Shown: piece by piece, positions 1-9,205 of the stretch
Layout: each line of letters starts with the position of its first letter
Position numbering within the stretch: the first letter of the stretch is position 1
NCBI GenBank assembly: GCA_016936155.1
Contig: JAFGPO010000032.1
Location: 1 to 54,460, forward strand
Length of the DNA stretch: 54,460 nt
Direction: 5' to 3'
Source: a candidate division WOR-3 bacterium
GTDB lineage: Bacteria; Hydrothermota; Tepidihabitantia; SM23-42
The notes under the pieces: model-generated
The model's input: only the letters and a program-made list of their open reading frames with translations
What the model was told of the DNA's origin: nothing
Databases searched by the model: none
Translations under genes and position numbers: made by a program

Positions 1-70
1 AATGGAAACCAATAACTCTAAAGGTGAGAAAAATTTTCATTCGGCAAAGCTGGTGATTATGTGCGAATAT

Positions 71-106
71 GCACAGGGCCGGACACGGGCGTGCCCGGCC
101 CTGTGC
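71..106. repeat. REP-like GC-rich palindrome (possible terminator for the peptide/Sm operon)
   Basis: GCACAGGGCCGG-ACACGGGCGTGC-CCGGCCCTGTGC: 12-bp perfect stem, about 225 bp downstream of the 332..523 gene. Confidence 0.55.
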
Positions 107-331
107 AGGGACCAAACGACGAGAAGGTATGAAATCGCTGTTGCGCGGTGTAGGGGTTTCTACAATGTGTGTGCCCTCCCCACATGATATGATCAAGCTT
201 TTTGTCATGGAGTCTGATAGAGAGCTCAACGTCGAAAGATCAAATTGTGTTCCTGCGACCTTGTCTTCATTGCAAAATGATTCAGTGATGACCAATACTA
301 ATGATCAAATCATAATGAATTCTATGAGCGA

Positions 332-523
332 TCAGGGTACATTGGCGCGCTGCCAGCCGAGTTCGCGTATCGAGATGATGCCGTTGTAGAACAAACGGAG
401 TTTTTCCTGGAATTGCTGCTGTTGCAGCCGCAGTACCAGCATTTTTTCGTCCCGGTACGTGATCTCACCTTTATATTGGGAGCCGTCGAGCAGTTTGACC
501 TCGTAGAGGTGAAGCGATCTCAT
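332..523 (-). CDS. small Sm/LSm-like (SH3-type beta-barrel) protein, 63 aa
   Basis: YEVKLLDGSQYKGEITYRDEKMLVL resembles the Sm1 pattern (VxLxDGxxYxGxLxxxD); GAGG RBS; 12 bp after the peptide gene. Confidence 0.6.
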   Translation of the reverse strand: MRSLHLYEVKLLDGSQYKGEITYRDEKMLVLRLQQQQFQEKLRLFYNGIISIRELGWQRANVP

Positions 524-535
524 TGCATCCTCGCA

Positions 536-745
536 TTAATCAAAGGGCGGTGGTGGGGGCGGTGGTGCATTCCCAGGACCGAATAGCGTATCAGAATCCG
601 CATAGGCACTGACTGGAGTGATATAGTCGAGGAGTACAGTGCCTGGATCATCGGCCTTTGCAGAAGAATGGATATTCTGCAATAGACCGTTAAATATGGT
701 TGCCATTACCGTGACAGCCAGGATGAAGCAGAACAGTTTTTTCAT
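536..745 (-). CDS. small secreted peptide with C-terminal poly-proline tail, 69 aa
   Basis: AAGGAG RBS; MKK plus hydrophobic signal peptide; ends GPGNAPPPPPPPFD; directly follows a sigma54 promoter. Confidence 0.8.
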   Translation of the reverse strand: MKKLFCFILAVTVMATIFNGLLQNIHSSAKADDPGTVLLDYITPVSAYADSDTLFGPGNAPPPPPPPFD

Positions 746-770
746 AATTTCTCCTTTTTAAATTAAATAA

Positions 771-786
771 AGCAATATTCATGCCA
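771..786 (-). promoter_or_regulatory. sigma54 (-24/-12) promoter
   Basis: Minus strand TGGCATGAATATTGCT matches TGGCAC-N5-TTGCW with correct GG-N10-GC spacing, 25 bp before the ATG at 745. Confidence 0.85.
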
Positions 787-848
787 GCTGAAAACTCATG
801 CAAATTCGTAACGTGATGGAAAAATTGATCGCAGATGAATAGTAAAAC

Positions 849-959
849 TGCGGCAAAATGTCACACATTTTAGAGATGAAAATATCATACGGTTTTTATT
901 GAGATTTTGACAATATATTGCGACAAAATGTCGCACTTTGCTTAAAATGTCGCACTTTG
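849..959. promoter_or_regulatory. putative upstream activator sequences (enhancer) for the adjacent sigma54 activator
   Basis: Perfect palindrome TGCGACA-AAA-TGTCGCA 919-935; variant TGCGGCAAAATGTCACA 849-865; 16-bp direct repeat AAAATGTCGCACTTTG at 925-940 and 944-959. Confidence 0.75.
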
Positions 960-980
960 TGGAGATGTACGTGAAAGTTT

Positions 981-3900
981 TTAGAGATTATATTTTTTTC
1001 GATACCGCTGGATCGTACGCCGGTTGACACCAAGCAATCGTGCTGCCTTGCTTGTATTGTAATTTGTCGCTTCGAGCGCTTCGCATACCGCCTCCTTTTT
1101 TATTTCCTGTATCGAAGCGCCTTCACGGCTCTCCCGGGCGTCCAGGTTCAATTCGTGATGGGTAATATTCACACCCTTTGCAAGGACCACTGCCCGTTCC
1201 ACGACATGGCGCAGTTCCCGGACATTACCTGCCCAATGGTAGCTACGCAGCAGTTGTATGGACTGTGGTGTGAAACCGATCACTTTTTTGCCGATCTCTT
1301 TGCTGCTCATCTCGAGAAAGAAGCGGGCAAGGAGAATGATATCTGAACCACGTTCGCGCAGCGGCGGAATTTCGATCTTAAAGACATTGATCCTGTAGTA
1401 GAGATCCTTTCTGAAGCGCCCTTCCTCGACCTCGATCTCAAGATCTTTATTAGTCGCGAAGATGAAGCGGACATCGATCGTGTAGGTTCTTGTCTCACCA
1501 ACCCGGCGGATAACCTTATCCTCGATCGCCTCGAGGAGTTTCGCCTGGAATGCAGGCGAGGTGTTGGTGAGCTCGTCCAGGAAGACTGTGCCGCCGTGTG
1601 CGTATTCGAGCAAACCTGGTTTGTCAGTCAGGGCGCCGGTAAATGCACCTTTTTTATGCCCGAATAGTTCTGATTCAAGCAAAGTCTCCGGGATCGTACC
1701 GCAATTGATCACAGTAAACTTGTTATTCTTGCGTGCGCTTCTCTGGTGGATCAAACGCGCGAGCATACCCTTGCCAGTTCCGGTCTCCCCGATAAGAAGG
1801 ACCGGCGAATTGGTTGCAGCAACCTGATTGATAAGATCGTACACTTTTTTCATGGCTCTTGATGTGCTGATAAGGTACCCCTGTCCGATATCAGCGATCA
1901 CTGAGGTCCGCAGAGCGGCATTTTCGTCGATGATCTTCTGGATGGCGCGGGATCTGTCGATGACCGCTGCCAATATACGGGCAACCGTGAGCAGGAAGTC
2001 TTTGTCATGCTGGCTGAACATGGTTTCTTCGAATCTTGAATCAAGGTAAAGGGCGCCGATTACATTGTCTTCAATGGTCAATGGAATGCACAAAAGAGAA
2101 CGGATCTTGTTCAGCACGACACTTTTATTGATATTGAAATCCGGGTCTGATTGAGCATTGTGTGTGAACACGATTTCCTCTTTGTGTATATCGCGGATCG
2201 CGGTTCTGGACAGCTCTGCCGCATCCTGAATCGTGGTCTGGTCGATATCTCTGCCGACGATGAATTCTATGCCCTGTGGCGTGTTCAGGAACAGGGCGCC
2301 GCGTTCTGCCCGGGTTGCGCGGACCACGATATCGAGTAGATTTTTTAAAAAACCGTCGTCACCAAGATGGCGTTCGATCAAAGCGGCGATCTGTGAAAAA
2401 AAGATAAGATATTCGTTCGAGGTGGAACCGGTCACTTTTTCATGGATGATCAGAGAAAAGAGTTCATGCTGCAGTTCCCGTAAATGGGTGATTTCCTGCT
2501 GTGCCTGTATCGAATGTGCAATCTCATAACAATCAAGAAGTTCCCGGCTTAGATCCCGGATGGCCAGGCCTGTCAACTGCGTGGTCAGCAGGGCCTGGAT
2601 CTTGAGCCGTTGTAACCGGATCATCTCATAGATCACTGATGCGCGCCGCAGGTGTTCGATCTCGGGGGAAATATCAAGAAGGCTGTTCGATATATAATAC
2701 TTAGTGAGTTTCATGTAAGCCTGGGCGATGCTATGATATATATCCTGAGGTGAGGAGGTCGCAAGAATTTTGTCCGCGTATATAGCGCAAGTTTGATATT
2801 CTTGAACCTCGTAGAGGTTTGACATCAAGTCAAAATAGGAGTTGAGACGTGATTGTTGTGCGACGTCTGTCAATCGGTCGATCCGAGTGAAATTCTCCAG
2901 GTGATTACGGACATTCAAAAGATCTTTCTTCTCTGCCGCGATATGGAGAGCGGCCCGATGATAATGAGGGTCATCGGTCCGGTTCGAAACCATCTCAAGT
3001 ATGGTGTCGGCTTTTTCGATATCTCCCCTGGCAATATGGATATCCACCATATTGATGATAAAGTGGGATGTGTCCGGGGAAAGCGAGAATCCTTCTTGGG
3101 CACTCGCAAGCGCCTGATCGAATTTGCCCATCATTATGTCGATAGTGCTGAGCGCAGACAAGCAGTTGATGATAATGGGGTAGTAATCAATCTGTTTCGC
3201 CTTCCGCAGGGTGCTTGCATATAGGGCTCGCGCTTGTGGGATTTCCCCATTATAGAAGAGGATAGTCGCTTTGCAATCAAGGGCATTAAGTAATGCGTTG
3301 ATGTCGCGAGATTTTTCCAGATCTGCGATCGCGGCATCGACATGGTGCAGGGCTTTATCCAGGTCGTTTTGTTCTTGGTAAATCCGGCTTAGCAAGAGTG
3401 TGGACAGTGCGCTGCCCCGGTGTATGCCGTGCTGATCCGAGAACTGGATGTGGTCCTCGGCGCTGCGTATGCTTTGATCGTATTTGCCTTGTTGATGCTG
3501 CAGAACCGCTTTGTAATAGAGTGCGGCACTGATAAGCCGCGCGTTGCCGATCGTCTTCGCGTGTTTGATCGCCTGGTCGATAAGATGCTCAGCTTCAGCG
3601 AATTCGCCAGTGACTGATAGACAATAGGCAAGCCTGGTCTGTATATCGACAGCTGGTTCTGAAGTTATTTTCTTTTTATAAATATTTAGTGCCTTTCGCA
3701 GGTGCGTGACCGCCTCGGGGAAATTACCCATATGATAGTATGCCCGGCCGATACCCGTAATGATCTGTTTATGAAACACCCTTGCCGCACGATCGTGCAG
3801 ATCTTGATAGACCGCTATTGCTTCCTTGCATTGACCCATGGTTGTGAGGAGTTCCGCGATCTTAAGCGCGGTCGTACCATGTGCCCTGGTGCGTTCAGGT

Positions 3901-5843
3901 GTGTTCTTCAGGATAATGCGGTGGTAGTCCAGGGCAGTAATGTAGTCACACTCTGCTTCAGCATGCTGTGCAGCGCGTCCAGCGTACTCGATGGCCTTGT
4001 CATGGTCGTCTATGGCATCATAGAGGGTGGCAAGGAGTGTAATATACCCGGGATCAGAAAATGCAGTATGTTCCAGAGCTTGGATAAGGCGTTTTCTCAG
4101 TTTATTCTTTTTGCGTGTTGAAATCCTGGATCGCACCAGTTTTCTCGGGATATTGTCAGGGATGAAAACAACGCGGTTGTTCATCAGATAATCCTCTTTG
4201 ATCAACCGGCTGTGTTTTAAGACTTCCAGGGATGTAAAACACTCATTGCCGAACGCTGCCGCCAGGATACCCGGATCCATAGGGATCGTGGCGAGCGCCA
4301 TCGTTTGAAGGACGGTTTGCTCGTATTCAGTAAGATGATCATAACGCTTGAAAACATGATTTTCGAGATGCTCCGGAATATGGACCTGATCAAGGCGAGG
4401 GCAATCGATGTGCCATCGATGCCTGGAGAACATGAGGATATCCTGTTCAAAGAGGATCGTGAGGAGCTTCACCAGATACAGGGGTTTTCCGCCGCTCTGT
4501 TCATGGAGCCACTGAAAAACATACTGTCGCGTATCGTCTTTGTTGTTCGGGCCGAATTCCAGAGGACAGAGAGTCTGGGTGACCATGTGTTCGGTTTCTT
4601 CGGTCGTAAGGGGATCGAGGGTCAGCGTGTCAAAGCCGATCGTCACCGCGATCCGGGGATCGGTCGTTGTGCAGACAATACCCGTGTGCGTTTCCTTCAA
4701 ACCAAAGCCGATGTACCGGAGAAGCGCCCGGTCAAAATCCTTCATGGTCTCCACATCGTCGATCAGGAGGACCAAAGGGGAGAGGACTGCGTATTGTTGT
4801 AGTGCAGTGAAGACGTTCTGAAAGACCGCATATTTATCATTCTCCTCGATAATATCCGCTTTTTGTATTTTTAAAAACTCACAGAGCGCTCCGAATATCG
4901 ATACCTGCTCTCCTGCACAGTAGTAAAAAGTACGGTATCCCAGCTGCATGAAACGGTATTTCATCTCGCATAAAAACCTCGTCTTTCCGGTGCCGGCCTC
5001 ACCGCATATCGTATGCGCGGTTCCCGCTGCGTGAGTTAACTCCTCCATGAAGGTACTCCGTCCGACAAAAGTGCTTGGCGGGAGACTGACATCATAGCGC
5101 GGCGCTCCTTCCTGGAAAGTAGCATACGGGCGGAGAACCTCATGGATCTCTGTGATCAAGGGCCGTACTGCGGGTTCCCGGGCACACATACGGCGCACCA
5201 GTGCATTGATCGTATCCGGAATGCCCGGAATGTCCTGCCACTGGGCATCAACGAGTTTCCCGGCGATGATCTTGTGGATGATTACGCCGAGTGAATAGAT
5301 ATCGCTGCGCTGATCAAGCCCGACGCCTTTGATAACTTCAGGGGCGATATAGCCGATCGTACCGGTGCGGATACTGGGATCATCAGGCACGCGCGCATAT
5401 CCAAAATCGATGAGCACGATGTTCTTTGCCTTTGCATCGTAGAGCAGGTGTTCAGGTTTCAGGTCACCGTGTATGAATCCTCGATTGTGGAGCACTGCCA
5501 CTGCGTTGATGATCTCAAGGAGCGCGTTCATGAGATCCGTTGTTAAGGAGGAAAAGCATGTATCGATCGCCTTTCCAGGCAGGAAAGGCTGGAGGAAAAA
5601 AGTGCGTCCAGCCGGGTCAGTATCCAGATCCATTACGCGGACGATCGTCGGGTGTTTGATCTGGTTCAGTATCTGGAATTCGCGGATAATCAGAGCATTG
5701 TGTTCTTCAGTATTAAGGCGGGCGATCTTCAAAGCGCGGTAGTCTTTCGATCTATCCTGAACTTTGTATATAATCGCCGTATTCGTTTCCTCCAGTTTTT
5801 TGATGATCCGGTATGCTTTGATCGTTTTTATGCCCTTTGCCAT
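981..5843 (-). CDS. multidomain sigma54 enhancer-binding protein: Ser/Thr kinase - STAND-like P-loop ATPase - TPR - GAF - AAA+ sigma54 activator - Fis HTH
   Basis: ALK, HGDLKPEH, DFG, GTIGYIAPE; FVGR...GEAGTGKT...LLIDD; long helical repeats; GAF (SLLCIPL...IGALYLDSR); GETGTGKG, ESELFGHKKGAFTGA, FLDE, WAGNVREL; NTSKAARLLGVNRRTI. Confidence 0.95.
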   Translation of the reverse strand: MAKGIKTIKAYRIIKKLEETNTAIIYKVQDRSKDYRALKIARLNTEEHNALIIREFQILNQIKHPTIVRVMDLDTDPAGRTFFLQPFLPGKAIDTCFSSLTTDLMNALLEIINAVAVLHNRGFIHGDLKPEHLLYDAKAKNIVLIDFGYARVPDDPSIRTGTIGYIAPEVIKGVGLDQRSDIYSLGVIIHKIIAGKLVDAQWQDIPGIPDTINALVRRMCAREPAVRPLITEIHEVLRPYATFQEGAPRYDVSLPPSTFVGRSTFMEELTHAAGTAHTICGEAGTGKTRFLCEMKYRFMQLGYRTFYYCAGEQVSIFGALCEFLKIQKADIIEENDKYAVFQNVFTALQQYAVLSPLVLLIDDVETMKDFDRALLRYIGFGLKETHTGIVCTTTDPRIAVTIGFDTLTLDPLTTEETEHMVTQTLCPLEFGPNNKDDTRQYVFQWLHEQSGGKPLYLVKLLTILFEQDILMFSRHRWHIDCPRLDQVHIPEHLENHVFKRYDHLTEYEQTVLQTMALATIPMDPGILAAAFGNECFTSLEVLKHSRLIKEDYLMNNRVVFIPDNIPRKLVRSRISTRKKNKLRKRLIQALEHTAFSDPGYITLLATLYDAIDDHDKAIEYAGRAAQHAEAECDYITALDYHRIILKNTPERTRAHGTTALKIAELLTTMGQCKEAIAVYQDLHDRAARVFHKQIITGIGRAYYHMGNFPEAVTHLRKALNIYKKKITSEPAVDIQTRLAYCLSVTGEFAEAEHLIDQAIKHAKTIGNARLISAALYYKAVLQHQQGKYDQSIRSAEDHIQFSDQHGIHRGSALSTLLLSRIYQEQNDLDKALHHVDAAIADLEKSRDINALLNALDCKATILFYNGEIPQARALYASTLRKAKQIDYYPIIINCLSALSTIDIMMGKFDQALASAQEGFSLSPDTSHFIINMVDIHIARGDIEKADTILEMVSNRTDDPHYHRAALHIAAEKKDLLNVRNHLENFTRIDRLTDVAQQSRLNSYFDLMSNLYEVQEYQTCAIYADKILATSSPQDIYHSIAQAYMKLTKYYISNSLLDISPEIEHLRRASVIYEMIRLQRLKIQALLTTQLTGLAIRDLSRELLDCYEIAHSIQAQQEITHLRELQHELFSLIIHEKVTGSTSNEYLIFFSQIAALIERHLGDDGFLKNLLDIVVRATRAERGALFLNTPQGIEFIVGRDIDQTTIQDAAELSRTAIRDIHKEEIVFTHNAQSDPDFNINKSVVLNKIRSLLCIPLTIEDNVIGALYLDSRFEETMFSQHDKDFLLTVARILAAVIDRSRAIQKIIDENAALRTSVIADIGQGYLISTSRAMKKVYDLINQVAATNSPVLLIGETGTGKGMLARLIHQRSARKNNKFTVINCGTIPETLLESELFGHKKGAFTGALTDKPGLLEYAHGGTVFLDELTNTSPAFQAKLLEAIEDKVIRRVGETRTYTIDVRFIFATNKDLEIEVEEGRFRKDLYYRINVFKIEIPPLRERGSDIILLARFFLEMSSKEIGKKVIGFTPQSIQLLRSYHWAGNVRELRHVVERAVVLAKGVNITHHELNLDARESREGASIQEIKKEAVCEALEATNYNTSKAARLLGVNRRTIQRYRKKYNL

Positions 5844-5849
5844 ACCATG

Positions 5850-5877
5850 AGTGTATGGAGGATAGGTGTATTGTCAA
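5850..5877 (-). promoter_or_regulatory. sigma70-type promoter, leaderless (activator gene)
   Basis: TTGACA-16-TACACT-6-ATG. Confidence 0.7.
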
Positions 5878-5885
5878 TGATTAGG

Positions 5886-5902
5886 TGCGACAAAATGTAA
5901 CA
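5886..5902. promoter_or_regulatory. copy of the activator-binding palindrome next to the activator's own -35
   Basis: TGCGACAAAATGTAACA, 15/17 identical to 919-935. Confidence 0.7.
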
Positions 5903-5941
5903 CCCGTGGACCAGGAGAACAGGATAGAATCAATGATTTTC

Positions 5942-5969
5942 TTGACGTAAAAACTATTCTGTGTATAAT
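5942..5969 (+). promoter_or_regulatory. sigma70-type promoter, leaderless
   Basis: TTGACG-16-TATAAT-6-ATG(5976). Confidence 0.75.
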
Positions 5970-5975
5970 AATGGT

Positions 5976-7085
5976 ATGAGATTCTGTGTTGTTGGATGCG
6001 GTATGCAAGGCAGTGTTGTTGCACAAGATTTGTGCAATAGCGGTCATGATGTGACCGTGTTTGACAACAACATCACCTATTTACGACAGTTGAAAAAGAA
6101 GGTCAATGTTCAGGCACGCCAGTTTAATGTTAAGGACAAGGTCAAGTTCATCAAAACGATCAAGGATTTTGATGTCGTGGTCGGTGCACTTCCTGCGGCA
6201 TTGGGTTTTTATACGATGGATTGTGCGCTCAAGGCCAGGGTGGATATCGTTGATATGTCGTACTCGGTGGATGACCCGTTCGTCCTCCACGACCGTGCCC
6301 GGGAAAAAGGCATCCGGATCGTCCCGGATGCTGGTTTCGCACCGGGATTGAGCAATGTTTTGGTCGGCGAAGCGTTTCGCCGGTTCAATGGTATCGATGT
6401 TTTGAAGATCATGGTCGGTGGTCTTCCTCAGCATCCACAGCCACCATTCAACTATGCGATTACCTGGTCACCCGCGGATCTTATCGAAGAGTACACGCGC
6501 CCGACACGGATTGTGCTCAAGGGGCGGGTGAAAACTGTCGAAACGTTGAGCGGGATCGAGACGATACATGTGCCCAAGATCGGTACGCTGGAGTGTTTTT
6601 ATACGGATGGTCTGCGCACCCTGCTCAAGACGATCAAGGGTGCCCGCACCATGGAAGAAAAGACAATACGGTATCCAGGGCATGCCGGCATATTCAAGAC
6701 TATTATCGAGTGCGGTTTTCTCTCAGACACCCTTGTTCATGCCGGACGGCGTCTGGTTGCGATCCGCGACGTGAATATGCGGTACCTGAGCAATGTTCTG
6801 AAAAAAAGCGATAACCGTGATTTCTCGGTGCTTATCATCGAAGTGCAGTGCAAGAAAAAGAAACGGACCTATACGGTCATGGATCGCTATGATGACGTTT
6901 CCCGGATCACCTCCATGGCGCGTATGACCGCGTACTCTGGATCGATCATCGCACAACAGGTGAAGAGATATGATGGGTTTGGCGTTGTGCCACCCGAGTA
7001 TTTCGGTATGGACGACGCGCTGTGCAGCCGCATCAAATCCGAACTGAAAAGACGCGGCATCAGGATTAGAACAAGCACCACGTAG
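5976..7085 (+). CDS. saccharopine dehydrogenase / lysine 6-dehydrogenase family oxidoreductase
   Basis: Rossmann VVGCGMQG, DAGFAPGLSN, GGLP, TWSPADLIEEY, TDGLRTL, TIRYPGH; start moved to ATG 5976. Confidence 0.9.
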   Translation: MRFCVVGCGMQGSVVAQDLCNSGHDVTVFDNNITYLRQLKKKVNVQARQFNVKDKVKFIKTIKDFDVVVGALPAALGFYTMDCALKARVDIVDMSYSVDDPFVLHDRAREKGIRIVPDAGFAPGLSNVLVGEAFRRFNGIDVLKIMVGGLPQHPQPPFNYAITWSPADLIEEYTRPTRIVLKGRVKTVETLSGIETIHVPKIGTLECFYTDGLRTLLKTIKGARTMEEKTIRYPGHAGIFKTIIECGFLSDTLVHAGRRLVAIRDVNMRYLSNVLKKSDNRDFSVLIIEVQCKKKKRTYTVMDRYDDVSRITSMARMTAYSGSIIAQQVKRYDGFGVVPPEYFGMDDALCSRIKSELKRRGIRIRTSTT

Positions 7086-7345
7086 CGTAGATAGTACAGC
7101 ATAGTGCGTAAGGCGAAAAAAGACCGTAAACAGTAAGCAGTAGACACTAAGCAGAAAAATACAGCGAACGCTATCTCGCTCGACACTATTCTCCATTGTC
7201 ATCCTGAGCGCAGCGAAGGATCTCAATATTCCAGTGCGCAGCGCTTCCTTCCAGCCCGAGTGCAGCGAGGGATTTTTTTCCAGCCGAAGGCCCGATTCCA
7301 GTACGAAGTGCTCATTCCGCAATTCGCATTTTGCAATGCCCCTTA
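7086..7345. repeat. intergenic mosaic of short tandem repeats and REP-like hairpins
   Basis: 7-mer runs (gtaaaca-gtaagca-gtagaca-ctaagca); GTCATCCTGAGCGCAGCGAAGGATCTC 7198-7224; CTTCCAGCCCGAGTGCAGCGAGGGA 7248-7272, similar to 38688-38712. Confidence 0.65.
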
Positions 7346-7419
7346 CTCTTCTAATATACGTGTGGATCATTCCAGCCTCCATATCCTAATCCATCGTCCA
7401 TGTACGTTTCCTGTCAGTA

Positions 7420-7447
7420 TTGACACGCCTTATCAACCGCATATTAT
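7420..7447 (+). promoter_or_regulatory. sigma70-type promoter, leaderless
   Basis: TTGACA-16-TATTAT-5-ATG(7453). Confidence 0.7.
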
Positions 7448-7452
7448 TCCCT

Positions 7453-8394
7453 ATGCGTAGGAAGGAGTTTTTAACTGTTTTTATTTTCCTTTTGCCTGCC
7501 CTGCTTGTTATTACAATTTTCCGTTTGTACCCGATCCTCCAGGCGATACGCATGAGCTTCTACAAGTGGGGACTTGCCGGCGCTATGCAATTTATCGGAC
7601 TGCATAATTTCTTCCGCCTTTTTATCGACCCTAAATTCTACCAATCATTGGGCAATACCTTCTGGTATGTGATATTCACCGTGCCGCTCACGATCGTAAT
7701 CTCAGTGGGCCTGGCGCACCTGTTGAACCAGAGGATCAAAGGGCAGGGCGTGTACCGGACCTTGTACTATCTGCCGGTTGTTACTTCGATTGTGGCAAGT
7801 TCCGTGGTGTGGAAGTGGATATTCAACCCGGACCGCGGCGTGCTGAACGCGATCATCGGCCTTGGCGGGATCGAGCCGATGCAGTGGCTCAATGATCCGC
7901 GCGGGCTGTTCGGAGTGCTTGCTGCGCCTTTGCACCTTGACCTTTCAGGTTTCATCGCCGGCCCGTCATTTGCCCTGGTCGCGCTCATTATCATGAGCGT
8001 GTGGCACAATGTGGGCTACTGTATCATTATCGCCCTTGCCGGTTTGCAGAACGTCCCGGAGCAATACTATGAAGCGGCGCGCATTGACGGCGCGAGCGGT
8101 TGGAGTATCTTCCGGCATGTGACGATCCCGGTGCTGTCGCCGACGATCTTCTATCTGCTCGTCACCCAGACGATCATCGCGTTCAATACGTTCACGCCGG
8201 TGTACGTAATGACCCAGCCGCCGGGCGGACCTCTGGGGACAACGAGCCTGGTGGTATTCTATTTGTACGAACAATCGTTCCGGCTCTGGAACCTCGGGTA
8301 CGCGAATGCGATCGCATTCGTGCTCTTCATCGTCATTTTTTCGCTGACCCAGGTGCAAAAGAGGTTTATCGAGCAGCGGGTGTACTATGAATAG
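7453..8394 (+). CDS. carbohydrate ABC transporter permease (UgpA/MalF type)
   Basis: EAA loop YEAARIDGAS, FIGLHNF, several TM segments; start moved to ATG 7453. Confidence 0.93.
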   Translation: MRRKEFLTVFIFLLPALLVITIFRLYPILQAIRMSFYKWGLAGAMQFIGLHNFFRLFIDPKFYQSLGNTFWYVIFTVPLTIVISVGLAHLLNQRIKGQGVYRTLYYLPVVTSIVASSVVWKWIFNPDRGVLNAIIGLGGIEPMQWLNDPRGLFGVLAAPLHLDLSGFIAGPSFALVALIIMSVWHNVGYCIIIALAGLQNVPEQYYEAARIDGASGWSIFRHVTIPVLSPTIFYLLVTQTIIAFNTFTPVYVMTQPPGGPLGTTSLVVFYLYEQSFRLWNLGYANAIAFVLFIVIFSLTQVQKRFIEQRVYYE

Positions 8395-9205
8395 GAAATG
8401 GCCGCTCATCATCCATGTTATACTCATCGGGTGCGCCGTGTGGATGCTGCTTCCGTTTTTCTGGATGATCAGTACGTCGCTGAAAAATGAGGATGAAGCG
8501 CTGGAATTCCCTCCGGATATTCTCCCTGATAGACCTCTCCTCTCAAATTACTTTGCCGCGTTCAAGCAGGTCGATTTCACGCGCTACTTTCTCAATACCC
8601 TGATCATGACCATCGCAACGACCGTGCTCGTTTTTTTCACTTCGATCCTTGCTGCCTACGCGTTCGCGCGTCTGGAATTCGTTGGACGGGAAGCGTTATT
8701 TTCCTTATTCCTGGCGATGATGATGATCCCGATGCCGGTGTACCTTGTCCCGTCCTACGTCATCCTCAGCCACTTCCAGTGGATCGATACGTTCTTTGCC
8801 CTCATCATACCCTGGAGCGCGAATGTTTTTTCGATCTTTCTGTTGCGCCAGCACTTCAAATCCCTGCCGCAGGAGTTGTTTGATGCGGCCGCGATCGACG
8901 GGCTCAATCACTTCCAGATACTGAAAAGCATCGTCCTGCCCCTGTCCAAACCGGTGCTCGTGACGATCGGGATATTCCAGGTGGTATCAAACTGGAATTC
9001 ATTTCTGTGGCCTCTGATCGTCACGCACAGCGATTCCATGCGCACGATCCAGACCGGGCTCGCGTACTTTGCCCAGGCCGAATCCACGAACTACCCGCTG
9101 CTCTGCGCCGCCTCGACCTTCACGACCATGCCGCTCATCGTGCTTTACTTCCTCATGCAGAAACACATCATGGCATCGTACGCGCGAAGCGGGCTGAAGG
9201 AATGA
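8387..9205 (+). CDS. carbohydrate ABC transporter permease (UgpE/MalG type)
   Basis: PFFWMISTSLK, DAAAIDG, WNSFLWPL. Confidence 0.93.
   Translation: MNRKWPLIIHVILIGCAVWMLLPFFWMISTSLKNEDEALEFPPDILPDRPLLSNYFAAFKQVDFTRYFLNTLIMTIATTVLVFFTSILAAYAFARLEFVGREALFSLFLAMMMIPMPVYLVPSYVILSHFQWIDTFFALIIPWSANVFSIFLLRQHFKSLPQELFDAAAIDGLNHFQILKSIVLPLSKPVLVTIGIFQVVSNWNSFLWPLIVTHSDSMRTIQTGLAYFAQAESTNYPLLCAASTFTTMPLIVLYFLMQKHIMASYARSGLKE

Noticed and set aside
2-389. ORFs 2..187 and 69..389
   Set aside because: No recognisable motifs; they run through a palindromic repeat, and the second overlaps the better-supported minus-strand gene.
981-5843. Anti-phage Avs/STAND defence interpretation
   Set aside because: The output domain is a complete sigma54 activator with a linked promoter, not a nuclease or other toxic effector, and there is no defence-island context.
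6723-7382. 219-aa minus-strand ORF
   Set aside because: It is antisense to the dehydrogenase plus a translation of intergenic repeats (SFAALRMT is the REP-like hairpin read backwards).
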